Assembly (NCBI GenBank): GCA_026770705.1
Contig: JANJGN010000033.1
Coordinates: 14,508,001 to 14,572,000, forward strand
DNA length: 64,000 nt
Reading direction: 5' to 3'
Origin: Isurus oxyrinchus
Taxonomy: Eukaryota
Made by a program: the position numbers and the translations under genes. A model generated the notes under the pieces. That model was not told the origin of the DNA and did not search any database. It saw only the letters and a list, made by a program, of their open reading frames with translations. Below are positions 23,705 to 35,160 of the stretch, piece by piece. The stretch's first letter is position 1. Every line of letters starts with the position of its first letter.

Positions 23705-23776
23705 TGGTTCCACCGCGATTTGAACTCGGATCACTGGATTTAAAGTCCAGAGTGCTCACCATTACACCATGGAATC
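23705..23776 (-). tRNA. tRNA-Gln-derived copy with ochre suppressor anticodon TTA, probably impaired
   Basis: Anticodon loop CTTTAAA; also A2-C71 and A52-G62 mismatches. Confidence 0.65.
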
Positions 23777-24058
23777 TACATGTTACCGGTTATTAGGCTC
23801 ATTTCTTTTCTGCATTCACATTGGCGCCAAAGTTCCCAGCGAACCATCGAATGGTTCTCCTCATGTGACGCAAACTGTTGCATCCTTTCAATGGGACAGA
23901 TAAAGAGCAGGGCCAAGAGCCAAAACAATGACGGTGCAGGCAGCTGGCGCAAGAGGCTCAGTCATGTGCATTCAAATGGCAGGCGAGCTGGTTCAAAAGT
24001 TGTCCTTTCCAATCGTATGCCATGGCAATTGTAAAGGAGACGCAATATACCGAGCCTG

Positions 24059-24325
24059 TCTTTTGATGATCTGCTTCTATCACTGCTTGTTTGTCTACAC
24101 AACCACCTCTCTCTCTCTCTATCTCTCCGCCCCCCCACACACACACCTTAAACCAGCTTATATTTCAACTTTTTCTTGAACTCGAAATCAAGTTCTGTTG
24201 AAGGGTCATGAGGACTCGAAACGTCAACTCTTTTCTTCTCCGCCGATGCTGCCAGACCTGCTGAGTTTTACCAGGTAATTCTGTTTTTGTTTTGGATTTC
24301 CAGCATCCGCAGTTTTTTGTTTTTA
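24059..24325 (+). mobile_element. Penelope-like 3' end, deletion derivative
   Basis: Same junctions as 19100-19366. Confidence 0.92.
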
Positions 24326-24759
24326 TCCTAAGTTTGTCTGCTCTGCAAATGAAAGAGCTGTCGTCAAGCTGCCACTCATGACATTGTTGCTTCTCTTCCC
24401 TACTCCTCGCTAATATGACTCTTACCAAATGATCCGTGAATGAGCATTGCTAGGCAGTGATGTATGAGACTTAACCCGGAAAGATGGGATAAAATAGGCG
24501 CTCTTCAAGGACGCAATTGAAGTGATATCTGCCTGCCCTTGAACGCTTTCGAGTTTGGCTGCTGAATTTCAAATGCCGTGCAGCCAAAGCAAGTGCTGCC
24601 TCCACCTCAGACATACAGCATCAGCCTGAGCCGCCTATTGCTCAAGAATAGGAAGAGGTGAAAGCCAGGAAAGACACTGTCATCAGCAGAGACCTTGAGC
24701 TCTTCACGTTTCCACTCGCCTGCCTCAAATTTTAACAGCAGCTGGGCAAACGAGAAACT

Positions 24760-24831
24760 TGGTTCCACTGAGATTTGAACTCAGATCGCTGGATTCAGAG
24801 TCCAGAGTGCTCACCATTACTACATGGAACC
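24760..24831 (-). pseudogene. tRNA-Gln(CTG), slot C, D stem damaged
   Basis: D stem TAGT/GCAC. Confidence 0.7.
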
Positions 24832-25136
24832 TACATGTCAGCTGACATCAGGCTCATGTCTTTTCTGCATTCACACTGGCGTCAAAGTTCCCAGCGAACC
24901 GTCCAATGGTTCTCCTTGTGTGACGCAAACTGTTGCATCCTTTCAATGGGACAGATAAAGAGCAGGGCCAAGAGCCAAAACAATGACAGTGCAGGCAGGT
25001 GGCGCAAGATGCTCAGTCATGCACATTCAAATGGCAGGCGAGCTGGTTCAAAATTTGCCCTCTCGAATCGGGCGCCATGGCAATTGTAAAGGAGATGCAA
25101 TTGGCCAAGCTTGTCAGCGGGATTGTCAAAAGTACA

Positions 25137-25208
25137 AGGTTCCACCGAGATTTGAACTCGGATCGCTGGATTCAGAGTCCAGAGTGCTCACCATTACACC
25201 ATGGAACC
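25137..25208 (-). tRNA. tRNA-Gln-CTG: tRNA-Gln(CTG), slot D, canonical
   Basis: Canonical body, T4 terminator. Confidence 0.95.
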
Positions 25209-26180
25209 CAGAAGATGGGCTGGCATCCTGAATCGTTGCTCAAAGAAGATTACTTCTTACATTTAACATGGCAGCAACCGGAACAGCGACAATGACACGT
25301 CGTTACTTGATGCCGTTGACAAGGGAACTGTTTGCAAGACACTTCACAGCCAGATTATATCAAACAATTTTGGCACATGTCAAATAGGGAGAATTCAGGA
25401 GAGCTCATCAAAGGCTTCATCAAATCATTACATTTGAAAGTGCTCACTTGTTCCTTGTGAGGCAACGGACCTGCGTTGGCAGGTCATCTCAAGGTGAGCC
25501 ATGAGACCTAGGTTGCGAACTGCTTGCCAAAGCCTCAGGCAGCCTCCCATGGAGAGGGATTTATGGTGAGTGAACATAGTTTGAGATGTCGAGCTGCACT
25601 GCAAATTGCGACGAGTTGCTGAGCAACAATAAAGTTGCAAACTATATCGGGAGCAAAATTGCAAGCGCTTTACGTTCCATGTCCACCATTTCACGTTGGC
25701 TTCATGTTCTGCAACATATTGCTTCAGATCACGCACTTGCTCTGCTCCTAAATTTGTCTGCTCTGCAAATGAAAGAGCTGCGTTCAAGCTGCCACTCGTG
25801 ACATTGCTGCTTCCCTTCACTGCTCCTCGTAATATGACACTCTTGCCAAATGATCCGTGAATGAGCATTGCTAGGCAGTGTTGTACGAGACCTGACCAGG
25901 AAAGACGGGATAAAACTGATGCACTTCTAGGACGCAATAGAAGTGATACCTGCCTGCCCTTGAACGCTTTCGAGTTTGGCTGCTGAATTTCAAATGCCGT
26001 GCAGCCAAAGCAAGTGCTGCCTCCACCTCAGACATACAGCATCAGCCTGAGCTGCCTATTGCACAAGAATATGAAGAGGTGAAAGCCAGGAAAGGCACTG
26101 TCATCAGCAGAGACCTTGAGCTCCTCACGTTTCCACTCGCCTGCCTCAAATTTTAACAGCAGCTGGGCAAACGAGAAACT

Positions 26181-26252
26181 TGGTTCCACCGAGATTTGAA
26201 CTCAGATCGCTGGATTCAGAGTCCAGAATGCTCACCATTGCACCATGGAACC
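26181..26252 (-). tRNA. tRNA-Gln-CTG: tRNA-Gln(CTG), slot C, foldable variant
   Basis: Only pairing-compatible or wobble changes; A73. Confidence 0.75.
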
Positions 26253-26557
26253 TCCATGTCAGCTGACATCAGGCTCATGTCTTTTCTGCATTCACAGTGG
26301 CGTTAAAGTTCCCAGCGAACCGTCCAATGGTTCTCCTTGTGTGACGCAAACTGTTGCATCCTTTCAATGTGACAGATAAAGAGCAGGGCCAAGAGTCAAA
26401 ACAATGACAGTGCAGGCAGCTGGTGCAAGAGGCTCAGTCATGCGCATTCAAATGGCAGGCGAGCTGGTTCAAAATTTGCCCTCTCGAATCGGACGCCATG
26501 GCAATTGTAAAGGAGATGCAATTGGCCAAGATTGTCAGCGGGATTGTCAAAAGTACA

Positions 26558-26629
26558 AGGTTCCACCCAGATTCGAACTCGGATCGCTGGATTCAGAGTC
26601 CAGAGTGCTCACCATTACACCATGGAAGC
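26558..26629 (-). pseudogene. tRNA-Gln(CTG), slot D, damaged
   Basis: G2C and a T-stem mismatch. Confidence 0.65.
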
Positions 26630-27605
26630 CAGCAGATGTGCATTTGCATTGAATCATTGCTCAAAGTGGATTACTTCTTACATTTAACATGGCAGCAACC
26701 GGAACAGCGACAACGACACGTCGTTACTTGATGCCGTTGACAAGGGAACAGTTTGCAAGACACTTCACATCCAGATTATATCAAACAATTTTGGCACATG
26801 TCAAATAGGGAGATTTCAGGAGAGCTCATCAAAGGATTCATCAAATCATTACGTTTGAAAGTGCGCACTTGTTCCTGGTGAGGCAATGGACTTGCGTTGG
26901 CAGGTCATCTCAAGGTGAGCCATGAGACCTAGGTTGCGAACTGCTTGCCAAAACCTCATGCAGCCTCCCACGGAGAGGGATTTATGGCAAGTGAACATAG
27001 TTTGAGATGTCGAGCTGCACTGCAGATTGCGACGAGTTGCTGAGCAACAAGAAATTTTGCAAACTATATCGGGAGCAAAACTGCAAGCGCTTTACGTTCC
27101 TTGTCCACCATTTCACGTTGGCTTCATGTTTTGCAACATATTGCTTCAGATCTCGCACTTGCTCTGCTCCTAAGTTTGTCTGCTCTGCAAATGAAAGAGC
27201 TGCGTTCAAGCTGCCACTCGTGACATTGCTGCTTCCCTTCCCTGCTCCTCGTAATATGACACTCTTGCCAAATGATCCGTGAATGAGCATTGCTAGGCAG
27301 TGATGTACGAGACCTTACCAGGAAAGACGGGATAAAACTGGTACACTTCTAGGACGCAATTGAAGTGATATCTGCCTGCCCTTGAATTCTTTCGAGCTTG
27401 TTGCCTGTTGATTTTCTCACGCTGTGCACTCAATGCAACTGCCGCCTCGCCCTCAGGAATATAGAATCAGCCTGAGCCACCTATCGCTCAAGAATACGAA
27501 GAGGTGAAAGCCAGGAAAGGATCTGTGATCAGCAGAGAACTTGAACTCTTCAAGTATCCACTCGCCTGCCTCAAATTTTAACAGCAGCTGGGCAAACAAG
27601 AAACT

Positions 27606-27677
27606 TGGTTCCACCGAGATTTGAAGTCGGATCACTGGATTCAAAGTCCAGAGTGCTCACCATTACACCATGGAATC
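27606..27677 (-). pseudogene. tRNA-Gln(TTG), slot A, damaged
   Basis: G53C and G2A. Confidence 0.7.
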
Positions 27678-27982
27678 TACATGTTACCGGTTATTAGGCT
27701 CATTTCTTTTCTGTATTCACATGGGCGCCAAAGTTCCCAGCGAACCATCGAATGGTTCTCCTCATGTGACGCAAACTGTTGCATCCTTTCAATGGGACAG
27801 ATAAAGAGCAGGGCCAAGAGCCAAAACCATGACGGTGCAGGCAGCTGGCGCAAGAGGCTCAGTCATGTGCATTCAATTGGCAGGGGAGCTGGTTCAAAAG
27901 TTGTCCTTTCCAATCGTATGCCATGGCAATTGTAAAGGAGACGCAATATACCGAGCCTGTCAGCGAGATTGTGACAAATACA

Positions 27983-28047
27983 AGTTTCCACTGAGATTTG
28001 ACCTCAGATCATTAAATTCAGAGACCAGAGTGCTCACCGTTACACCA
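27983..28047 (-). pseudogene. Slot B pseudogene truncated by a 414-bp deletion
   Basis: Junction ttacacca|gagatc. Confidence 0.85.
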
Positions 28048-29229
28048 GAGATCAATGCTGAGGCAGCGGCACACATGTCTTACATTAGTAGAGCAGTTTC
28101 ATTCGTGCAAGCGTCACAAACAACAACAGGAAGTGTGCAGCGAGTTCCAAGCTCTGACACGCTGAAACACGCTGTCCAGATAGGAGGGAAATTTCCAAGA
28201 AAGGGATGTGAACACCAGCATGCCAACGGGAAGGCTGATTTCTTGTCAGGCCACGAATGAATGTCGTCAACTGGAAACAGAGTTGCTGGCTGGAGGGCCT
28301 TAGGTGTGAGCTAGGATATGGGCAGCAGAGGTTTTGATCAGCTCAACTTTATGGAAGAATCAAAGGGCAAGACAGAGCGCGAACATCTCAGAATAGTCAA
28401 GCTGTGAGGTAAGGAGGTTGAGGATGGAGATGTCAGCAGCACAGGAACTGCTGAGCGTCAGAATTAGGTCAGCAAAATTACACAGGTGGAAATACTTGTC
28501 TTGGCAAGGCAGTGGACCTGCGTAGGCCGATCATCGCAGGGTGAGCGATGAGACCCAGGTTGCGAACTGCTTGCCAAAGCCTCAGGCAGCCTCCAAGGGA
28601 GAGCGATTTATAGCGAGTGAACATAATTTGAGACATCGAGCTGCACTGCAAATTGCGATGTTTCACTGAGCCACAAGAAAATTTGTGAATCTAACTCGCT
28701 AGCAAAATTGCAAGCGCTTGATAATTTCATGTCGACCATTCCACTTTGGCTTCATGTCTTGCAACACATTGCTTCAGCTCTCGCACTTGCTCTGCTCCTA
28801 AGTTTGTCTGCTCTGCAAATGAAAGAGCTGTCGTCAAGCTGCCACTCATGACATTGTTGCTTCTCTTCCCTACTCCTCGCTAATATGACTCTTGCCAAAT
28901 GATCCGTGAATGAGCATTGCTAGGCAGTGATGTATGAGACTTAACCCGGAAAGATGGGATAAAATAGGCGCTCTTCAAGGACGCAGTTGAAGTGATACCT
29001 GCCTGCCCTTGAATGCTTTCGAGTTTGGCTGCTGAATTTCAAATGCCGTGCAGCCAAAGCAAGTGCTGCCTCCACCTCAGACATACAGCATCAGCCTGAG
29101 CCGCCTATTGCTCAGGAATATGAAGAGGTGAAAGCCAGGAAAGGCACTGTCATCAGCAGAGCCCTTGAGCTCTTCAAGTATCCACTCGCCTGCCTCAAAT
29201 TCTAACAGCAGCTGGGCAAACAAGAAACT

Positions 29230-29301
29230 TGGTTGCACCGAAATTTGAACTCAGATCGCTGGATTCAGAGTCCAGAGTGCTCACCATTACACCATGGAAC
29301 C
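29230..29301 (-). pseudogene. tRNA-Gln(CTG), slot C, damaged
   Basis: Acceptor-stem mismatch; C61T. Confidence 0.7.
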
Positions 29302-29606
29302 TACATGTCAGCTGACATCAGGCTCATGTCTTTTCTGCATTCACAGTGGCGTCAAAGTTCCCAGTGAACCGTCCAATGGTTCTCCTTGTGTGACGCAAAC
29401 TGTTGCATCCTTTCAATGGGACAGATAAAGAGCAGGGCCAAGAACCAAAACAATGACAGTGCAGGAAGCTGGTGCAAGAGACTCAGTCATGCGCATTCAA
29501 ATGGCAGGCGAGCTGGTTCAAAATTTGCCCTCTCGAATCGGACGCCATGGCAATTGTAAAGGAGATGCAATTGGCCGAGCCTCTCAGTGGGATTGTCAAA
29601 AGCACA

Positions 29607-29678
29607 AAGTTCCACCGAAATTTGAACTCGGATCGCTGGATTCAGAGTCCAGAGTGCTCACCATTACACCATGGAACC
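29607..29678 (-). tRNA. tRNA-Gln-CTG: tRNA-Gln(CTG), slot D variant
   Basis: C72T and C61T, both giving G.U pairs; B box weakened. Confidence 0.6.
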
Positions 29679-30654
29679 CAGAAGATGCGTTGCAATGCTG
29701 AATCGTTGCTCAAAGAAGATTACTTCTTACATTTAACATGGCAGCAACCGGAACAGCGACAATGACACGTCGTTACTTGATGCCTTTGACAAGGGAACTG
29801 TTTGCAAGACACTTCACAGCCAGATTATATCAAACAATTTTGGCACATGTCAAATAGGGAGAATTCAGGAGATCGCATCAAAGGCTTCATCAAATCATTA
29901 CGTTTGTAAGTGCGCACTTGTTCCTGGTGAGGCAACGGACCTGCGTGGACAGGTCATCTCAAGGTGAGCCATGAGACCTAGGTTGCGAACTGCTTGCCAA
30001 AGCCTCAGGCAGCCTCCCACGGAGAGGGATTTATGGCGAGTGAACATAGTTCGAGATGTCGAGCTGCAGTGCCAATTGCGATGTTTCGATGAGAAACAAT
30101 AAAGTTTGCAAACTATATCGGGAGCAACTTTGCAAGCGCTTTACGTTCCATGTCCTTCATTTCACGTTGGCTTCATGTTTTGCAACATATTGCTTCAGCT
30201 CTTGCACTTGCTCTGCTCCTAAGTTTGTCTGCTCTGCAAATGAAAGAGCTGCGTTCAAGCTGCCACTCGTGACATTGCTGCTTCCCTTCCCTGCTCCTCG
30301 TAATATGACACTCTTGCCAAATGAACCGTGAATGAGCATTGCTATGCAGTGATGTACGAGACCTGACCAGGAAAGACGGGATAAAACTGGTGCACTTCTA
30401 GGACGCAATTGAAGTGATATCTGCCTGCCCTTGAATTCTTTCGAGCTTGTTGCCTGTTGAATTTCTAATGCCGTGCACCCAAAGCAACTGCCGCATATCC
30501 CTCAGAAATATAGCATCAGCCTGAGCCACCTAACGCTCAAGAATATGAAGAGGTGAAAGCCAGGAAAGGCTCTGTAATCAGCAGAGAACTTGAACTCTTC
30601 AAGTATCCACTCACCTGCCTCAAATGTTAACAGCAGCTGGGCAAACAAGAAACT

Positions 30655-30726
30655 TGGTTCCACCGAGATTTGAACTCGGATCACTGGATTCAAAGTCCAG
30701 AGTGCTCACCATTACACCATGGAACC
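30655..30726 (-). tRNA. tRNA-Gln-TTG: tRNA-Gln(TTG), slot A, intact
   Basis: Canonical body, A73. Confidence 0.92.
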
Positions 30727-31031
30727 TACATGTCAGCTGACATCAGGCTCATTTCTTTTCTGCATTCACATGGGCGCCAAAGTTCCCAGCGAACCATCGA
30801 ATGGTTCTCCTCATGTGACGCAAGTTGTTGCATCCTTTCAATGGGACAGATAAAAAGCAGGGCCAAGAGCCAAAACAATGACGGTGCAGGCAGCTGGCGC
30901 AAGAGGCTCAGTCATGTGCATTCAATTGGCAGGTGAGCTGGTTTAAAAGTTGTCCTTTCCAATCGTATGCCATGGCAATTGTGAAGGAGATGCAATATAC
31001 CGAGCCTGTCAGCGAGATTGTGACAAATACA

Positions 31032-31103
31032 AGTTTCCACCGAGATTTGACCTCAGATCATTAAATTCATTGACCAGAGTGCTCACCGTTACACCATGGA
31101 AAC
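31032..31103 (-). pseudogene. tRNA-Gln pseudogene, slot B
   Basis: Slot B lesions plus anticodon-loop changes. Confidence 0.85.
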
Positions 31104-31359
31104 AGTGTGGGCTGCTGAATCATTCCTCAAAGAAGGCCACTCCTTTCATTGAACATGGCGGCAACAATAACAGCAACAACGAAACGTCGTTACTTGATGC
31201 CATTGACACAGGAAAGGTTTCCAAGGTTCTTCACACCGAGATTATCTCAAACAATTTTGCCAGAAGCCACATCAGGAGATTTTAGGAGAGCTCATTAAAT
31301 CCTTCATCAAATCGTTACGTTTGAATTCAGCCCCCTGAAGGAGGACAAAGATTTGCAAA

Positions 31360-31472
31360 ACAAAAACAAAAACAGAATTACCTGGAAAAATTCAGCAGGT
31401 CTGGCAGCATCGGCAGAGAAGAAAAGAGTTGACGTTTCGAGGCCTCATGACCCTTCGACAGAACTTGAGTTC
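31360..31472 (-). mobile_element. 113-bp Penelope-like 3' fragment
   Basis: Copy of 1549-1661. Confidence 0.86.
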
Positions 31473-32258
31473 GATTTGCAAAGCCCAACAGCTTTACTGA
31501 GGGATGTCCAGAGATCAATGCTGAGGCAGCGGCACACATGTCTTACATTAGTAGAGCAGTTTCATTCGTGCAAGCGTCACAAACAACAACAGGAAGTGCG
31601 CAGAGAGTTCCAAGCTCTGACACGCTGAAACACGCTGCCCAGATAGGAGGGAAATTTCCCACAAAGGGATGTGAACGCCAGCATGCCAACGGGAAGACTG
31701 ATTTCTTGTCAGTCCACGAATGATTGTCGTCGACTGGAAACAGAGTTGCTGGCTGGAGGGCCTTAGGTGCGAGCTAGGATATGGGCAGCAGAGGTTTTGA
31801 TCAGCTCAACTTTATGGAAGAATCAAAGGGCAAGTCAGAGCGCGAACATCTCAGAATAGTCAAGCCATGAGGTAAGGAGGTTGAGGATGGAGATGTCAGC
31901 AGCACAGGAACTGCTGAGCGACAGAATTGGGTCAGCAAAGTTACACAGGTGGAAATACTTGTCTTGGCAAGGCAGTGGACCTGCGTAGGCCAATCATCGC
32001 AGGGTGAGCGATGAGACCCAGGTTGCGAACTGCTTGCCAAAGCCTCAGGCAGCCTCCCATGGAGAGGGATTTATAGCGAGTGAACATAATTTGAGACATC
32101 GAGCTGCACTGCAAATTGCGATGTTTCACTGAGCCACAAGAAAACTTGTGAATCTAACTCGCTAGCAAAATTGCAAGCGCTTGATAATTTCATGTCGACC
32201 ATTCCACTTTGGCTTCATGTTTTGCAACACATTGCTTCAGCTCTCGCACTTGCTCTGC

Positions 32259-32273
32259 TCCTAAGTTTGTCTG
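32259..32273 (+). repeat. Left target-site duplication tcctaagtttgtctg; right copy at 35257-35271
   Basis: Single copy in uninterrupted units, duplicated around the element; the terminal bases are ambiguous because of microhomology. Confidence 0.85.
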
Positions 32274-33013
32274 GAAAAACTCAGCAGGTCTGGCAGCATC
32301 GGCGGAGAAGAGAAGAGTTGACGTTTCGAGTCCTCATGACCCTTCGACAGAACTTGATTTCGCGTCCAAGAAAGAGTTGAAATATAAGCTGGTTTAAGGT
32401 GTGTGTGGGGGGGGTGCGGAGAGAGAGAGAGAGACAGAGGTGCTTGTGCAGACAAACAAGCCGTGATAGAAGCAGATCATCAAAAGTTGTCAGCGACAAT
32501 GGTACAAAAGAACACATAGGTGTTAAAGTTAAAGTTGGTGATATTATCTAAACGAATGTGCTAATTAAGAATGGATGGTAGGGCACTCAAGGTACAGCTC
32601 TAGTGGGGGTGGGGGGAGCATAAAAGATTTTAAAATATTTAAGAATAATGGAAATAGGTGGGAAAAGAAAAATCTATATAATTTATAGGGAAAAAAAAAG
32701 GAAAAAGGGGGAAACAGAAAGGTGGTGGGGATGGGGGAGGGAGCTCACGACCTAAAGTTGTTGAATTCAATATTCAGACCGGAAGGCTGTAAGGTGCCTA
32801 GTCGGAAGATGAGGTGTTGTTCCTCCAGTTTGCGTTGGGTTTCACTGGAACAATGCAGCAAGCCAAGGACAGACATGAAGGCAAGAGAGCAGGGTGGAGT
32901 GTTAAAATGGCAAGCGACAGGGAGGTTTGGGTCATTCTTGCGGACAGACCACAGGTGTTCTGCAAAGCGGTCGCCCAGTTTACGTTTGGTCTCTCCAATG
33001 TCGAGGAGACCAC
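32271..33013 (-). repeat. Inverted arm (pseudo-LTR), reverse complement of 34465-35205
   Basis: Encodes the GIY-YIG C-terminus (IGETKRKLGDRFAEHL...GLNIEF) and 3' UTR on the minus strand; hammerhead-like motif at 32316-32354. Confidence 0.93.
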
Positions 33014-34733
33014 TTCCTCCTACCTTTCCCTGGACTATGACCCCACCACTGAACATCAAGCTATTGTTTCCAGGACTGTCACTGACCTCATCTCCTCTGG
33101 GGATCTCCCTCCCACAGCTTCCAACCTGATAGTCGCCCAACCTCGGACGGCCCGCTTCTATCTCCTACCCAAAATCCACAAACAGAACTGCCCCGGTAGA
33201 CCGATCGTCTCAGCTTGCTCCTGCCCCACAGAACTCATTTCTCGTTATCTTGACTCCCTTCTCTCTCCCCTCGTCCAGTCCCTTCCGACCTACATCCGTG
33301 ATTCCTCTGACACCTTACGTCACATCAACAATTTCCAGTTCCCTGGCTCCAACCGCTTCCTCTTCACCATGGATGTCCAATCCCTCTACACCTCCATCCC
33401 CCACCAGGATGGTCTGAGGGCCCTTAGCTTCTTCCTCGAACAGAGGCCCGAACAATCCCCATCCACCACTACTCTCCTCCGTCTGGCTGAACTTGTTCTC
33501 ACGTTGAACAATTTCTCCTTCAACTCCTCTCACTTTCTCCATATAAAAGGTGTGACTATGGGTACCCGCATGGGCCCCAGCTATGCCTGTCTCTTTATGG
33601 GGTATGTGGAACATTCCCTGTTGCAGTCCTACTCCGGCCCCCTTCCACAACTTTTTTTCCGGTACATCGATGATTACTTTGGTGCCGCTTCATGCTCTCG
33701 TCGGGACTTGGAAAAATTTATTAATTTTGCTTCCAATCTCCACCCCTCCATCATTTTCACGTGGTCCATCTCTGACACTTCCCTTCCCTTCCTTGACCTC
33801 TCTGTCTCAATCTCTGGTGATAGACTGTCCACCAATATCCATTACAAACCCACCGACTCCCACAGCTACCTCGACTACAGCTCCTCACACCCCACTTCCT
33901 GTAAGGACTCCATCCCATTCTCCCAGTTCCTTCGCCTTCGTCGCATCTGTTCCGATGATGCTACCTTCAAAAACGGTTCCTCTGACATGTCCTCCTTCTT
34001 CCTTAACCGAGGTTTTCCACCCACGGTCGTTGACAGGGCCCTCAACCGTGTCCGGCCCATCTCCCGTGCATCCGCCCTCACGCCTTCTCCTCCCTCCCAG
34101 AAACATGATAGGGTCCCCCTTGTCCTCACTTATCACCCCACCAGCCTCCGCATTCAAAGGATCATCCTCCGCCATTTCCGCCAAATCCAGCATGATGCCA
34201 CCACCAAACACATCTTCCCTTCACCCCCCTTATCGGCATTCCGTAGGGATCGCTCCCTCCGGGACACCCTGGTCCACTCCTCCATCACCCCCTACTCCTC
34301 AACCCCCTCCTATGGCACCACCCCATGCCCACGCAAAAGATGTAACACCTGCCCCTTCACTTCCTCTCTCCTCACTGTCCAAGGGCCCAAACACTCCTTT
34401 CAAGTGAAGCAGCATTTCACTTGCATTTCCCCCAACTTAGTCTACTGCATTCGTTGCTCCCAATGTGGTCTCCTCTACATTGGAGAGACCAAACGTAAAC
34501 TGGGCGACCGCTTTGCAGAACACCTGCGGTCTGTCCGCAAGAATGACCCAAACCTCCCTGTCGCTTGCCATTTTAACACTCCACCCTGCTCTCTTGCCCA
34601 CATGTCTGTCCTTGGCTTGCTGCATTGTTCCAGTGAAGCCCAACGCAAACTGGAGGAACAACACCTCATCTTCCGACTAGGCACCTTACAGCCTTCCGGT
34701 CTGAATATTGAATTCAACAACTTTTGGCCGTGA
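33012..34733 (+). CDS. Penelope-like reverse transcriptase / GIY-YIG endonuclease, N-terminally truncated; the ORF-track call 32814-34733 adds 66 non-native codons from the inverted arm
   Basis: Motifs YLLPKIHK, GRPIVS, MDVQSLYT, GVTMG, RYIDD, the linker Cys cluster CPRKRCNTC, LVYCIRC..C.LLYIGET and terminal GLN. Confidence 0.93.
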   Translation, partial: TSSYLSLDYDPTTEHQAIVSRTVTDLISSGDLPPTASNLIVAQPRTARFYLLPKIHKQNCPGRPIVSACSCPTELISRYLDSLLSPLVQSLPTYIRDSSDTLRHINNFQFPGSNRFLFTMDVQSLYTSIPHQDGLRALSFFLEQRPEQSPSTTTLLRLAELVLTLNNFSFNSSHFLHIKGVTMGTRMGPSYACLFMGYVEHSLLQSYSGPLPQLFFRYIDDYFGAASCSRRDLEKFINFASNLHPSIIFTWSISDTSLPFLDLSVSISGDRLSTNIHYKPTDSHSYLDYSSSHPTSCKDSIPFSQFLRLRRICSDDATFKNGSSDMSSFFLNRGFPPTVVDRALNRVRPISRASALTPSPPSQKHDRVPLVLTYHPTSLRIQRIILRHFRQIQHDATTKHIFPSPPLSAFRRDRSLRDTLVHSSITPYSSTPSYGTTPCPRKRCNTCPFTSSLLTVQGPKHSFQVKQHFTCISPNLVYCIRCSQCGLLYIGETKRKLGDRFAEHLRSVRKNDPNLPVACHFNTPPCSLAHMSVLGLLHCSSEAQRKLEEQHLIFRLGTLQPSGLNIEFNNFWP

Positions 34734-35121
34734 GCTCCCTCCCCCATCCCCACCCCCTTTCTGTTTCCCCCTTTTTCCTTTTTTTTTCCCTATAAATTAT
34801 ATAGATTTTCCTTTTCCCACCTATTTCCATTATTTTTAAATATTTTAAAATCTTTTATGCTCTCCCCACCCCCACTAGAGCTGTACCTTGAGTGCCCTAC
34901 CATCCATTCTTAATTAGCACATTCATTTAGATAATATCACCAACTTTAACTTTAACACCTATGTGTTCTTTTGTACCATTGTCGCTGACATCTTTTGATG
35001 ATCTGCTTCTATCACTGCTTGTTTGTCTACACAACCACCTCTCTCTCTCTCTATCTCTCCGCCCCCCACACACACACCTTAAACCAGCTTATATTTCAAC
35101 TATTTCTTGGACTCGAAATCA

Positions 35122-35160
35122 AGTTCTGTCGAAGGGTCATGAGGACTCGAAACGTCAACT
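35122..35160 (+). ncRNA. Minimal hammerhead-like motif in the Penelope-like 3' UTR
   Basis: agttctgtcgaagggtcatgaggactcgaaacgtcaact; minimal hammerheads are an established feature of PLE terminal repeats. Confidence 0.65.

Noticed and set aside
32814-33011. N-terminal 66 aa of the 639-aa ORF as genuine protein
   Set aside because: It is the antisense reading of the inverted arm, in frame by chance; the same peptide appears at 34437-34664 on the minus strand.
33315-34407. Overlapping ORFs, including the 274-aa Pro/Ser-rich frame
   Set aside because: These are shadow frames of the C-rich RT coding sequence.
32814-34733. Diversity-generating retroelement explanation (RT next to hypervariable windows)
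   Set aside because: The RT is a Penelope-type enzyme fused to GIY-YIG and inserted with a TSD. There is no template/variable repeat pair and no adenine-specific pattern is evident.
35038-35078. (CT)n and (CA)n microsatellites
   Set aside because: They are part of the Penelope-like 3' UTR and are present in every copy of that segment.
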